Under the pieces are notes generated by a model. It worked only from the letters and a program-made list of their open reading frames with translations. It had not been told where the DNA came from and did not search any database. A stretch of 64,000 nt of DNA from Alphaproteobacteria bacterium (lineage in GTDB: Bacteria; Pseudomonadota; Alphaproteobacteria; Bin95). A program made the translations under genes and the position numbers. Shown here piece after piece: positions 11,401 through 20,903 of the stretch. Within the stretch, counting starts at the first letter, position 1; each line of letters opens with the position of its first letter. The DNA lies in the NCBI GenBank assembly GCA_963665325.3, contig OZ224045.1, forward strand, positions 864,001-928,000, written 5' to 3'.

Positions 11401-12135
11401 CTAAACCGTCTCCGCGATGAGCACGATGCCGGAGAGGCAGAGGAGGGCGGTTACGATGCGCTGGAACAGCAGCGCGTCGATGCGGCGGTAGAGGCGGGCG
11501 CCGGTCCAGGCGGCTGCCAACGCGACCGGCAGGCAGAGCGCGGCGGCTTCGAGCGCGGCCGTGTCCATTGCGCCCGACACCGCCATTGCCGCGGCGGCGA
11601 GCGCCAGCACCACGAGGTTGAACGGCTGATAGACGGCGCGCTGAACGTCCGCGCTGCCGCCCCTGAGGCGGAGCCAGATCACCGGCAGAGGCCCGGACAG
11701 CCCCGCAAAGCCGCCGAGTACGCCGCCGCCGAGCCCGACCGCAGCGTCGGCCGCGCGCGAGGGCGGGGGTCTGGGCAACCGGGCCATCATCGACAGCAGG
11801 GTGTAGGCCACCAGCAGCAGCCCGACGGCAAGCTTGAGCGCCTCGGGCGAGGCGACGGCGAGCACCGCCACACCCAGCGGCACGCCCAGGACGCCGCCAA
11901 TGAGGTAAGGCCCGGCGCGGCGCCGGTCGAAGGCGTGGCGCACGAAGAGCGACGCCACCGCCTGCCCGCCGATGGAGACAAGCGCCACCAGCGGCGGCAC
12001 CGTGCCCGGCTCGAGCGCATGGAACCAGACGCCGGCCGCCACGAGCCCGGTGCCGAAGCCGGCGAGGCCCGTGACGAACCCGCCGGCCAGCGCCCCCAGA
12101 AGCAGAAAAGTCAGCGTCGCGCCGTCAAACTCCAT
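11401..12135 (-). CDS. Sulfite exporter TauE/SafE family membrane protein
   Basis: Hydrophobic; GLAGFGTGL and GGFAGLSGP repeats. Confidence 0.85.
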   Translation of the reverse strand: MEFDGATLTFLLLGALAGGFVTGLAGFGTGLVAAGVWFHALEPGTVPPLVALVSIGGQAVASLFVRHAFDRRRAGPYLIGGVLGVPLGVAVLAVASPEALKLAVGLLLVAYTLLSMMARLPRPPPSRAADAAVGLGGGVLGGFAGLSGPLPVIWLRLRGGSADVQRAVYQPFNLVVLALAAAAMAVSGAMDTAALEAAALCLPVALAAAWTGARLYRRIDALLFQRIVTALLCLSGIVLIAETV

Positions 12136-12175
12136 GACGGCGCGCCGGCGGAGATGCGGACACGGGCGACCGGCT

Positions 12176-13375
12176 TCAGACGAGCATCGCCATCGCGCTG
12201 GCAATGCGCCGGCCGGCCTCTTGCAGCCGGTCGAGCGGCGCCGCGTAGCTCACCCGGACGTGCGGCGAGAGCCCGTAGGACGCGCCCTGCACGACCGCGA
12301 CATGCGCCTCCTCGACCAGATAGTCCGTGACCGCCGTGTCGTCGTCGAGCCGTTTGCCGGAAGGCGTGCGGCAGCCAATGGCCGAGGCGACCGAGGGATA
12401 GACATACATCGCCCCTTCCGGCGCGTGGCAGGGCAGGCCCGCCTCGTTCAACGCGGCGACCATGAGATCGCGGCGCTCGCGCATGATCTGCCGGCGCTCT
12501 TCGACGATGTCCTTCGGCCCGTCCAGCGCCGCCAGCGCCGCATGCTGCCCGACCGCATTGGGGCAAGAGACGAGCTGGCCCTGGAGCTTCCCCATTTCCC
12601 GGACGATATCGCGCGGGCCGCCGGCAAAGCCCACCCGGAAGCCGGTCATCGAATAGGCCTTGGAGACGCCGTTGATGGTGAGTGTGCGCGGGAACAACTC
12701 CGGGGCCACATTGGCCATCGTGGCAAGCGGGGCGTCCGTGTAGAGCAGGTGCTCGTAGATGTCGTCCGCCATCACATGCACATGGGGGTGGCGCGCCAGC
12801 ACTTCGGCAAGTGCTGTGAGGTCGTTCGCGGAATAGGCGGCGCCCGAGGGGTTGGAGGGCGAGTTGAGCGAGAGCCACTTCGTCTTAGGGCCGATGGTGG
12901 CTTCCAGGTCCTCCGGAAGCAGGCGAAAGCCGTTCTGCTGCGGGCAGGAAACCGGCACCGGCACCCCGCCGGCCAGCCGCACAAGGTCCTCGTATGCGCC
13001 CCAGAAGGGCGTCGGCAGGATCACCTCGTCGCCGGGGCCGAGCGTCGCTAGGAAGGCGCAGGAAATCGCCGCCTTGGCCCCCGTCGTCGCCAGCACCTCG
13101 TCGGCCGCGTATTCGAGGCCGTTCTCGCGGCTGAATTTGCGCCGGATCGCCTCCTTGAACTCGGGGATGCCGTCGCGGTTGGTATAGCCGACGACACCCG
13201 CCGCCATCGCCTTCTCGGCTGCCGCGCGCACATGGTCCGGCGGCGGGAAATCGGGCTGCCCGATGGTGAGGTTGATGACGTCGATGCCGTCCGCTGCCAT
13301 GGCGCGGGCGCGCATTGAGGCATTCTGGCTGGCGGAGGCCTTGAAGCGGCGCATCCTGGGCGCAATGATCGACAT
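12176..13375 (-). CDS. Class I/II PLP aminotransferase (aspartate aminotransferase-like)
   Basis: GQPDF, NSPSNPSG, DDIYEH, NGVSKAYSMTGFRVG. Confidence 0.92.
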   Translation of the reverse strand: MSIIAPRMRRFKASASQNASMRARAMAADGIDVINLTIGQPDFPPPDHVRAAAEKAMAAGVVGYTNRDGIPEFKEAIRRKFSRENGLEYAADEVLATTGAKAAISCAFLATLGPGDEVILPTPFWGAYEDLVRLAGGVPVPVSCPQQNGFRLLPEDLEATIGPKTKWLSLNSPSNPSGAAYSANDLTALAEVLARHPHVHVMADDIYEHLLYTDAPLATMANVAPELFPRTLTINGVSKAYSMTGFRVGFAGGPRDIVREMGKLQGQLVSCPNAVGQHAALAALDGPKDIVEERRQIMRERRDLMVAALNEAGLPCHAPEGAMYVYPSVASAIGCRTPSGKRLDDDTAVTDYLVEEAHVAVVQGASYGLSPHVRVSYAAPLDRLQEAGRRIASAMAMLV

Positions 13376-13443
13376 GGGGAAACCTGTCCCTCCCTGGGCC
13401 TCGCGACGGCGCGGGGTTATAGCACCGAAAGGAGCGCCGCCCC

Positions 13444-14412
13444 ATGGCGAGCAACACCCCGCGCAGAATCACCGTCGCCGCAGCCCAGATGGGGCCCATC
13501 GCCCGCGCCGAGCCGCGCAGCCGGGTAGTCGGGCGGCTCGTGGAGATGATGCGGGACGCGCACGGCCGGGGCGCGGGGCTGGTCGTGTTTCCCGAACTCG
13601 CGCTGACGTCCTTCTTCCCGCGCTGGTTCATGGAGGATCCCGCGGAGCTGGACGCCTTCTACGAAGCGGAGATGCCGGGGCCGGAGACGCAGCCGCTGTT
13701 CGACACGGCGGCCGAACTCGGCGTCGGCTTCTATCTCGGCTATGCGGAACTCATCCGCGGAGGCGGGCACGAACGGCGCTTCAACACCGCGATCCTCGTG
13801 GACCGGCAGGGGCACATCGTCGGCAAGTATCGCAAGGTCCATCTGCCGGGCCACAGCGAATACGACCCGAAACGCCCCTGGCAGCATCTGGAGAAGCGCT
13901 ATTTCGAGGTGGGCGACCTCGGCTTCCCGGTCTGGCGGACGATGGGCGGCGTGATGGGCATGGCGCTCTGCAACGACCGCCGCTGGCCGGAGACATTCCG
14001 CGTGATGGGCATGAAGGGCGTCGAGCTGGTGATGCTCGGCTACAACACGCCGGCCGCCAACTCGCTCGGGCCGGAGCCGCACCATGTGCGCATGCTGCAC
14101 AACCATCTATCGATGCAGGCCGGCGCCTACCAGAACGGTTGCTGGGTGGTCGGCGTCGCCAAGGCCGGCCACGAGGAAGGCTGCGACCTGATGGGCGGAA
14201 GCTGCATTATCGCGCCGTCGGGCGAGATTGTGGCCCAGGCGCACACGCTGGAGGACGAGGTGGTCGCCTATGAATGCGACCTGGAGGAAGGCCGCTTCAA
14301 CAAGGAGACGATCTTCAACTTCGCCGCCCACCGGCGCCCGGAGCATTACGGCATCATCACCGCCCAGACGGGCGCGACCGAGCCCGGCGGGGAGGAAGGC
14401 GCCTCGCTGTAG
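13444..14412 (+). CDS. N-carbamoyl-D-amino-acid hydrolase (nitrilase family)
   Basis: FPELAL, YRKVHLPGH, LCNDRRWPE (E-K-C triad). Confidence 0.9.
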   Translation: MASNTPRRITVAAAQMGPIARAEPRSRVVGRLVEMMRDAHGRGAGLVVFPELALTSFFPRWFMEDPAELDAFYEAEMPGPETQPLFDTAAELGVGFYLGYAELIRGGGHERRFNTAILVDRQGHIVGKYRKVHLPGHSEYDPKRPWQHLEKRYFEVGDLGFPVWRTMGGVMGMALCNDRRWPETFRVMGMKGVELVMLGYNTPAANSLGPEPHHVRMLHNHLSMQAGAYQNGCWVVGVAKAGHEEGCDLMGGSCIIAPSGEIVAQAHTLEDEVVAYECDLEEGRFNKETIFNFAAHRRPEHYGIITAQTGATEPGGEEGASL

Positions 14413-14428
14413 CGGCAGAAGCCGGGCC

Positions 14429-15151
14429 ATGCGCGAGACCGAGCTGTATCCGCCCCTGAAGGCGTTTCTCGAAGCGCAGGGCTATGCAGTCAAGGGCGAG
14501 GTCGACGGGTGCGATATTGCAGCGGTGCGCGGAGGCGAGCCGCCCGTCATCGTCGAGATGAAGACCCGGTTCTCGCTGTCGCTGGTTCTTCAGGGCATTC
14601 AGCGGCAGGGTCTTTCCGACCGGGTCTATCTCGCCGTGCCGCCGTTCTCCGGCCGCACGCCCCGCCAGCGCGAGGCGCTCGCGCTCTGCCGCCGGCTGGG
14701 CCTGGGCCTGCTCGCGGTGCGTCCCGAACCCGAACCGGCGGTGGAAGCGCTGCTGGATCCCGCCCCCTATCGCCCGCGCCTGCAAAAGCGCGCGGCCGAA
14801 CGGCTGCTGCGGGAGTTCCAGCGGCGCGTCGGCGACCCCAATGCGGGCGGCTCGACCCGGCGCAAGCTGATGACCGCATACCGGCAGGACGCCTTGCGCT
14901 GCGCCGCCTGCCTGCAGCGCAACGGCCCGACGAAAGCGGCGACGGTCGCCGAGGCTGCAGGCGTGCCCCGGGCCAGGGCGATCATGTATGCCGACCACTA
15001 TGGTTGGTTCGAGCGGCCGGGCGGCGCACCTGCCGGCATCTATGCGCTGACGCCCAAAGGGGCCGATGCGCTCCGCGACCACGCGGACGTTCTGGCCCTG
15101 CTCGAGATCAGCGGGTCCGATGTCCCTGAAGCCGGCCCTCATCGTCGATGA
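14429..15151 (+). CDS. DUF2161-family putative PD-(D/E)XK protein
   Basis: MRETELYPPLKAFLEAQGYAVKGEV...CDI...VEMK; MTAYRQDAL; YGWFER. Confidence 0.8.
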   Translation: MRETELYPPLKAFLEAQGYAVKGEVDGCDIAAVRGGEPPVIVEMKTRFSLSLVLQGIQRQGLSDRVYLAVPPFSGRTPRQREALALCRRLGLGLLAVRPEPEPAVEALLDPAPYRPRLQKRAAERLLREFQRRVGDPNAGGSTRRKLMTAYRQDALRCAACLQRNGPTKAATVAEAAGVPRARAIMYADHYGWFERPGGAPAGIYALTPKGADALRDHADVLALLEISGSDVPEAGPHRR

Positions 15152-15620
15152 GGACGATGCGCGCCGGCGGGTCGTCTCCCCAGCGCCACATCACCAGGTT
15201 GAGATCGCCGCCGCTGGCCCCGGCGGCGAAGCTTCGGACCTGCATGCCCACATATTCCGCTGCGATCAACCGGTCGGCCAGGGCCTGCGATGCGGGGAGC
15301 GTGCCGGCGAGCATCTCCGCTTCCCAGGAGGGGCATGCCAGGTCGGACTCCAACACGCCCAGCGACCGGTAATCTTCCTCGTCCGTCGCGTCGAAGAGGG
15401 GCTCGGCATCCACCTCGTAGGCGCAGAGCGTCAGCGGCTGCATGGGCCGACCCAGCGGCTCGGCCTCGCGTATGGCGGTCAGCGGCGCCAGCGAGGTGTA
15501 GAGCGCCGGAACGCCGCGCCGGTTGAAACGACCGCCGTGACGCCTTGCGCCTTCGCCGGAGAGCGGCGCCCAGGACCATTGCGGATTGTGCGCCCGGTAA
15601 ACCGGGCCCCGGAAACGCAT
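15108..15620 (-). CDS. RES-domain toxin
   Basis: GGRFN...ALYTS...AIREA...VRSFA...NLVMW (R-E-S residues). Confidence 0.85.
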   Translation of the reverse strand: MRFRGPVYRAHNPQWSWAPLSGEGARRHGGRFNRRGVPALYTSLAPLTAIREAEPLGRPMQPLTLCAYEVDAEPLFDATDEEDYRSLGVLESDLACPSWEAEMLAGTLPASQALADRLIAAEYVGMQVRSFAAGASGGDLNLVMWRWGDDPPARIVLIDDEGRLQGHRTR

Positions 15621-15635
15621 CAGGCGCAGGCGGAG

Positions 15636-15986
15636 TCAGGCATAGCCGCCCGCCATGATCCGGTCGAGATAGGCATGCACCCGGTCGGCCTTGCCCTCGC
15701 GCACCAGCAGGTCGGGCGTGGCTCCGCCGAACCCCGGCAGAGGCTCGGCGCGAAACCAGGCATAGGCTGCGAGCAGCGATCCAGTCGCAGCTTCGACACG
15801 ATTCAGGATCTCCAGCATCTGGCGCAACCGGGTCTGCGTCTTGCGCGCCCGGACCCGCGAGGCGCGCGAGAACGCATCCTTGCCGAGCCCCAGCGTGCCG
15901 GCGATCTCGGACCGGGTGGTCCGCAGCGCATCCGCGACAAGCGCCGGGGAAAACGCCCGGTCTTCCATGAATTCGTGAAACTGCAC
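15636..15986 (-). CDS. Xre/MbcA/ParS-type antitoxin
   Basis: GTG start with GAGG RBS; AWFRAEPLPGFGGATPDLL C-terminal toxin-binding motif; upstream of the RES gene. Confidence 0.82.
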   Translation of the reverse strand: MQFHEFMEDRAFSPALVADALRTTRSEIAGTLGLGKDAFSRASRVRARKTQTRLRQMLEILNRVEAATGSLLAAYAWFRAEPLPGFGGATPDLLVREGKADRVHAYLDRIMAGGYA

Positions 15987-16006
15987 TGTCGAACCTCGGA
16001 TTCCTT

Positions 16007-16041
16007 GACGCATTATAGCGACATAAGACCTGTTATTCCAA
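16007..16041 (-). promoter_or_regulatory. Sigma70 promoter TTGGAA-N18-TATAAT with imperfect palindrome over the -10 box
   Basis: Minus strand ttggaa...gtcgcTATAATgcgtc just upstream of the antitoxin RBS. Confidence 0.55.
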
Positions 16042-16065
16042 CATGCAGACGAGGTGGGAGTGGCG

Positions 16066-16782
16066 TCAGCGCTCCGGGCCAATGGGCTCGCGACCGTAGC
16101 GGTGCAAACCCGGGCCTTCGGTCCTGAGCCAGCGTTCGGCGGTGTCGGTTTCCGGGCAGAAGCGGCGGCAGAGGCTCCAGAAGCGGGGGCTGTGGTTCAT
16201 TTCGCGGAGATGGGCAACCTCATGCGCGGCCAGATAATCGAGCACGAAGGGCGGGGCCATGACCGCGCGCCAGGAAAAGTTGAGCCGGCCGGCGGCGCTG
16301 GCGCTGCCCCAGCGCGTCTTCTGGTCCCGGATGGCGATGCCGCGCGGCTCGACGCCGAGCGAAGCGGCGTGGCGGGCGACGGCTTCCTCGAAGGCGCGCC
16401 GCGCTTCGTGCCGCAGCCAGGCTTCCACCAGCCGGGCGCATCCGGCCGGGCTCGCCAGCAGGATGCGGTCGTCTTCGAGCCTGAGCGGGTCCCGTAGCGC
16501 TGGATCGAGGCGGATCAGACGCGGTCTGCCGCGAAACGGGACCGTTTCGCCGGGTTCGAACGGCACCAGGGCGGGCGCGTCCCGCAACCGGCCCGCCACC
16601 CAGTCGCCGCGGCTCCGGAGGAACGCGAGGCCCGTCGCCTCGCTCGCGCCCGGCGGCAAGGTCAGCCGCACCTCGCCGCCCCGGATGCTGAGCGAGATGC
16701 GCCGCGCGCGCGGGTTGCGCCGGACGGCGACCCGCAACGCGCGCCCGCCGACCCGGACCTCTCTATAGCGCCCAGTCGACAA
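16066..16782 (-). CDS. M48/YgjP-like (SprT-like) zinc metallopeptidase
   Basis: [27 protein letters not shown]. Confidence 0.88.
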   Translation of the reverse strand: MSTGRYREVRVGGRALRVAVRRNPRARRISLSIRGGEVRLTLPPGASEATGLAFLRSRGDWVAGRLRDAPALVPFEPGETVPFRGRPRLIRLDPALRDPLRLEDDRILLASPAGCARLVEAWLRHEARRAFEEAVARHAASLGVEPRGIAIRDQKTRWGSASAAGRLNFSWRAVMAPPFVLDYLAAHEVAHLREMNHSPRFWSLCRRFCPETDTAERWLRTEGPGLHRYGREPIGPER

Positions 16783-17203
16783 TATGGCGTTCCAGGTCTT
16801 CCTGTTCGGTTCCGATCTCGTCCTCGGAAATCACCTTGCCGCGCACCGACATCTGGGCCAGGTGCACGGTTTCCGGGTCTCCCGAGACCAGCGGGTGCCA
16901 CCAGTAGAGGTCCTTGCCCTCATGCAGCAGGCGGTAGGCGCAGCTCGACGGCATCCAGGCGATCTCGGCGACATTGCGCGGCGAGAGCTGGATGCAATCC
17001 GGCACGCGGGTCTTGCGGTTGGGGTAGTCGGAGCAGCGGCAGCTTTCGGTGTCGAGCAGCCGGCAGGCGACGCAGGTCGGCTCGATCTCGCCCGTATCCG
17101 CCCATTCGATCTTGAGCAGGCAGCATTTGCCGCAGCCGTCGCAGAGCGACTCCCACTCTTCCGGCGTCATCTCGTCGAGCCGCTTCTCCTGCCAGAAGCT
17201 CAT
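16763..17203 (-). CDS. YcgN-family cysteine cluster protein (UPF0260)
   Basis: [33 protein letters not shown]. Confidence 0.9.
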   Translation of the reverse strand: MSFWQEKRLDEMTPEEWESLCDGCGKCCLLKIEWADTGEIEPTCVACRLLDTESCRCSDYPNRKTRVPDCIQLSPRNVAEIAWMPSSCAYRLLHEGKDLYWWHPLVSGDPETVHLAQMSVRGKVISEDEIGTEQEDLERHIVDWAL

Positions 17204-17598
17204 GGCCGCCGTCGGTCCCGCCTGTTGCCCGGTTCTTCCTGGCGTTCATTGCCGGTGAGGCCGAGCGCCCACATTGCGGCCAGCACACCGCCCTTCGCCA
17301 CCGGCAGCAGCACGGCGATCAGCGCGAGTGCCAGCAGCGGCCAGACCGTCGCCTGCAGCCAGAGCGCCGGCGCCCAGGCCTGCTCGGCAAACAGGATGAG
17401 CGGTACGACGACATGGCCCGCAACCAGAAGGGCGATATAGGGCGGGAAGTCGTCGGCCCGGATATGCCCGAGCGCCTCGCCGCAGCCGGCGCAGGCCGCC
17501 ACGGGACGCAGATAGCCGGCGAACAGCGCGCCCCGGCCGCAGGCGGGGCACCGCCGGCGGATACCGTTGCCCAGGGCAGGTCCGAGCGCGCGCGCCAT
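17200..17598 (-). CDS. DUF983-family membrane protein
   Basis: [10 protein letters not shown]...CAGCGE...ADDFPPY plus two TM helices, LPVAKG. Confidence 0.85.
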   Translation of the reverse strand: MARALGPALGNGIRRRCPACGRGALFAGYLRPVAACAGCGEALGHIRADDFPPYIALLVAGHVVVPLILFAEQAWAPALWLQATVWPLLALALIAVLLPVAKGGVLAAMWALGLTGNERQEEPGNRRDRRRP

Positions 17599-17751
17599 AC
17601 CCGGCAAACTGGCCCCGTCGGCACTGCGGGTCAAGCGGTGCTTACGGTGGCACAAGCAGGCGGTCGGACGGCCTGCTCCAGCCAGTTCGCCCGGTTCGCG
17701 GCAAGCCAAGTGGAACGGTCGATAGACTGGCGCCATTCGCGGCCGGCGGGC

Positions 17752-18000
17752 CTACTTCAGCCGCCCCCGGACGAGCACGCCGACGATGGTTTCCTCGCCC
17801 AGGGACCGGCAGGCCTCCAGGCGCTGAAGGCCTTCGACCAGCACCAGGCGCTCGCCGTCCTGGCGTAACAGGACCGGCGTGCGCTGGCCCTCTTCCAGCA
17901 TGCTCTCGGCGATCGCCTCGACGGCTGCGGGATCGAGGGTGCGGCGGCGCCTTACCGGAATGTAGATATCGGCGATTCTGAAGACCTGATCTTTCAGCAT
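17752..18000 (-). CDS. Small stand-alone ParB/Srx N-terminal domain protein
   Basis: 82 aa; IAESMLEEGQRTPV...VEGLQRLEAC. Confidence 0.75.
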   Translation of the reverse strand: MLKDQVFRIADIYIPVRRRRTLDPAAVEAIAESMLEEGQRTPVLLRQDGERLVLVEGLQRLEACRSLGEETIVGVLVRGRLK

Positions 18001-18155
18001 GTCCAAGCCTCTCACGGGCTGGCGCCCCGGGGAAGCGGGAATTCCGCCCGCCTCCGCTATGGATAAGCGGTCCCCGCCGCTCTGTGGAGGCCCGGCATGA
18101 CGGGAGCGCGATCGGACGCGCCGCACGAAACGACACGGACTTCAGAAATGATGCG

Positions 18156-19016
18156 CTATCCGGCGCCCGTCCGCTCGGCAATGGCGACGATGCGGTGCAT
18201 CTCGCGCAGCACCGGCTTCTCGATGAGCTTGCCGTCGATCACCACGAGGCCCGTGTCGGCGGCTTCAAACCCGGCGATAATGCGCCGCGCCCGGGCGATC
18301 CGCTCCGGCGAGGGCGTGAACACTGCGTTGAGCGCCGCGATCTGCCGGGGATGCACCGCGCCCTTGCCCGAAAAGCCCAGATCCCGCGCCTGGATAGCGG
18401 CCCGCTCCATGCCGTCCGGGTCCTCAAGGTCCAGATAGGGCACGTCGATCGCGTCCAGCCCGGCGCTGGCGGCGGCGTGGACGACCCGCGAGCGGGCATA
18501 GAGCAGCGGCTCCCACGCATTCTCGCAGCGCAGTTCGGCTGCCATGTCCACGCCGCCGAAGAACAGGGCGTCGATGCGCGGGCTGCAATGGGCGATGTCA
18601 TAGGCTGCCTCGAGCCCGGCATTGGTCTCGATGATGACGTGCAGGCGGGTTTCGTGGCCGCGCTCGGTCAGCAGGTCGTCGAGCAGCACCACCTCGTCCG
18701 GCGAGCGCACCTTGGGCATCATAAGCCCGGGCGGAGGCGTGTCGGCATCCAGAACGGCCTGCACATCCGCCATGCCGAAGGCCTCGCGCAGCGAGTTGAT
18801 GCGGACGATCCGCTCGATGCCGTCATCGGCCTGCGGGTTCTCGAAGAGCTTCATCGCATTGGCGCGCGCGGCGGGCTTGTCCCTGGGCGCAATCCCGTCC
18901 TCGAGCTCGACGCAGACGATATCCGCCCCGGTCGCGAGCGCCTTCGGATACATCTCGGGGCGCAAGCCCGGCGTAAAGATGAACGACCGGCGGGGGCAGA
19001 CGTTTCGTTCGGGCAT
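18156..19016 (-). CDS. HpcH/HpaI aldolase / citrate lyase beta-subunit (CitE-like) protein
   Basis: RRSFIFTPG, ELEDG, VRIN, IIET, GKGAVHPRQI, DGKLIEKP. Confidence 0.88.
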   Translation of the reverse strand: MPERNVCPRRSFIFTPGLRPEMYPKALATGADIVCVELEDGIAPRDKPAARANAMKLFENPQADDGIERIVRINSLREAFGMADVQAVLDADTPPPGLMMPKVRSPDEVVLLDDLLTERGHETRLHVIIETNAGLEAAYDIAHCSPRIDALFFGGVDMAAELRCENAWEPLLYARSRVVHAAASAGLDAIDVPYLDLEDPDGMERAAIQARDLGFSGKGAVHPRQIAALNAVFTPSPERIARARRIIAGFEAADTGLVVIDGKLIEKPVLREMHRIVAIAERTGAG

Positions 19017-19088
19017 GGGGGAAATCTTCTCTATCGGTCGGACCGGCGTAGCAGTCGCCCCGCCTGACCGGCTTGTCAATCGCCCGCT

Positions 19089-19874
19089 TCAGCACATGGC
19101 CTGGAAGGCTCTTCGGTACTCTCCGGGTTCGAGAACGCTCGCGCCGGAGAGCCGCAGCGCTTTGCGCGCGGGCGCGAGCGTCGGGTCTGACAGGGCCGCG
19201 AACAGCCCTTCGCGCAGCTTGCGGACTTCGCCGTCGGATGTCGCGGCGCCGGTCACATATGGCAGGCCCGGCGCTGTCCGCGAGGTCGTCAGGATGCGGG
19301 TGCCTTGCAATTCCCCGCCGAGCCAGTTGGACAACAGTGCGTAGGTAACGCAATCGACCGCACAGGCATCCGCCTCTCCTGCCGCCACGCTGCGGATACT
19401 GGCGCGGTGGGACCCAATCGCCGCGACCTCCCCGAAGAAGGACCGCACATCCTCGCCCGCGGGCAGCAGGTGCCGCCAGACATGGTAGCCGGAGTAGGAA
19501 TCCTCGCCGTTCACGGCCAGCCGGGCGCCGCGCAAGTCATGGACGTTCTCGGCCGGGTCGGCGTCGCGGACGACGACATGCGCAGCATAGCGGGGACCGT
19601 CGCAGCCGGGCGCACCGTAGTGGGGCGTCGCGACAAGCCTTACGTCCGTCGCCAGGCTGTGCACCAGGGGATAGCCGCAGGTCTGGCCGAACAGGAAGCC
19701 GGGCGCGCGCCATTGCCGGTAGCGGTCCTCCGGCCAGGTCAGCAACTCAGGGACGCCGGAAACGCCCTGCGCCCGCAGATGGCCGGCCAAACCGGACCAC
19801 CAGCGCTGCACGGCCGGGCGGAACTCGACTTCGGCATACATCGGCAGGCCGGCGTGACGCATGGCGGCCGTCAT
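19089..19874 (-). CDS. PhnD/SsuA-like substrate-binding-fold protein without signal peptide
   Basis: LPMY, QTCGYP, DSYSGY, GSHRASI...GEADACAVDCVT, PGLPYV. Confidence 0.75.
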   Translation of the reverse strand: MTAAMRHAGLPMYAEVEFRPAVQRWWSGLAGHLRAQGVSGVPELLTWPEDRYRQWRAPGFLFGQTCGYPLVHSLATDVRLVATPHYGAPGCDGPRYAAHVVVRDADPAENVHDLRGARLAVNGEDSYSGYHVWRHLLPAGEDVRSFFGEVAAIGSHRASIRSVAAGEADACAVDCVTYALLSNWLGGELQGTRILTTSRTAPGLPYVTGAATSDGEVRKLREGLFAALSDPTLAPARKALRLSGASVLEPGEYRRAFQAMC

Positions 19875-20728
19875 CCGCCGCCGCCCGAACCGTTCCGCAA
19901 TCGCGCCAGGAACGACGCGAGCTCGACCGGCTGCACGACGGCGGCGCGAATGAGATCGTCGAAATGCCGGTTCAGCACCGCGATATGCTCGGTCGTGTTG
20001 AACACCAGGTAGAACTGGCCGACATAGAGCGCGGCCCGCTGGTGGCCGAAGATCGTGTAGGGCGCCGAATAGTGCGTCAGGCCGTCGAAGAGATACATGC
20101 GCAGGCCGGGATAGAGCTCGTCCACGACCTCGGCAAGCCGGTCCAGCTGCCGCTGCCGCGCAGGAGCAGCCAGTGTGCGCCATATCCCGCCTCCGCTGGC
20201 GAGGGCCTCCAGCGCCTGCCGGGACAGGCAGATTTCCATGTCCGTCTCCGGCAGCCGGATATGCTCCAGCTTGTCGCGGGAGGCGCTGATGGCGCGGTCC
20301 GGCCCCCTGGTCCGGAAATAGCGGTATTCGTGGTGGAACACCTCTTCGGTCTTGGCGATATCCGGTATCGTGGTCGGCACGTAGCGCATCTTGTATCCGG
20401 CCGCTTCCTCGAACCAGCGCACCAGCATCTCGTCCACCGGCGTCTGCGAGCTCTCGGCGATCTGTAGCGACTCGTGAAGAATGTCGGCTCCCAGCCTTTG
20501 CACATGACTGAGCCCGAGCAGCCAGTCGAGGCTGACCCGAAGTTCCGTCGCGATGGCCGCGACCGTGTCGGCGCGCGGCAGCCGGTCCATGTCGTCGGAG
20601 AGAAGCTGGGCCAGGGTGGAGCGGTCGATGCCGGCCCGGCGCGCGAGCGCCGAACGGGACAATCCCGACTGCGCCAGCATTTCGGTCAGGCGCAGGCGGA
20701 ACAGGCGCGAGACTTCCCTTCTGTCCAT
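19871..20728 (-). CDS. XRE-family transcriptional regulator with C-terminal domain
   Basis: LSRSALARRAGIDRSTLAQLL HTH; VSLDWLLG. Confidence 0.85.
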   Translation of the reverse strand: MDRREVSRLFRLRLTEMLAQSGLSRSALARRAGIDRSTLAQLLSDDMDRLPRADTVAAIATELRVSLDWLLGLSHVQRLGADILHESLQIAESSQTPVDEMLVRWFEEAAGYKMRYVPTTIPDIAKTEEVFHHEYRYFRTRGPDRAISASRDKLEHIRLPETDMEICLSRQALEALASGGGIWRTLAAPARQRQLDRLAEVVDELYPGLRMYLFDGLTHYSAPYTIFGHQRAALYVGQFYLVFNTTEHIAVLNRHFDDLIRAAVVQPVELASFLARLRNGSGGGG

Positions 20729-20903
20729 AGAGCCACCGTCGCAGAATCTGTGGGTTTTATGATCAGTCTGTAGAGAAATATCAACATATGTTTGAATTTG
20801 CTGCGCTACGCGACAATGCGTTGCAATTCCCTCATTGCCGGCCCGGGTTCCGGCTGCCTGCAATGGCCGCCTCAGGACATGGCGGCAAGGGGATCCGGTT
20901 TCG

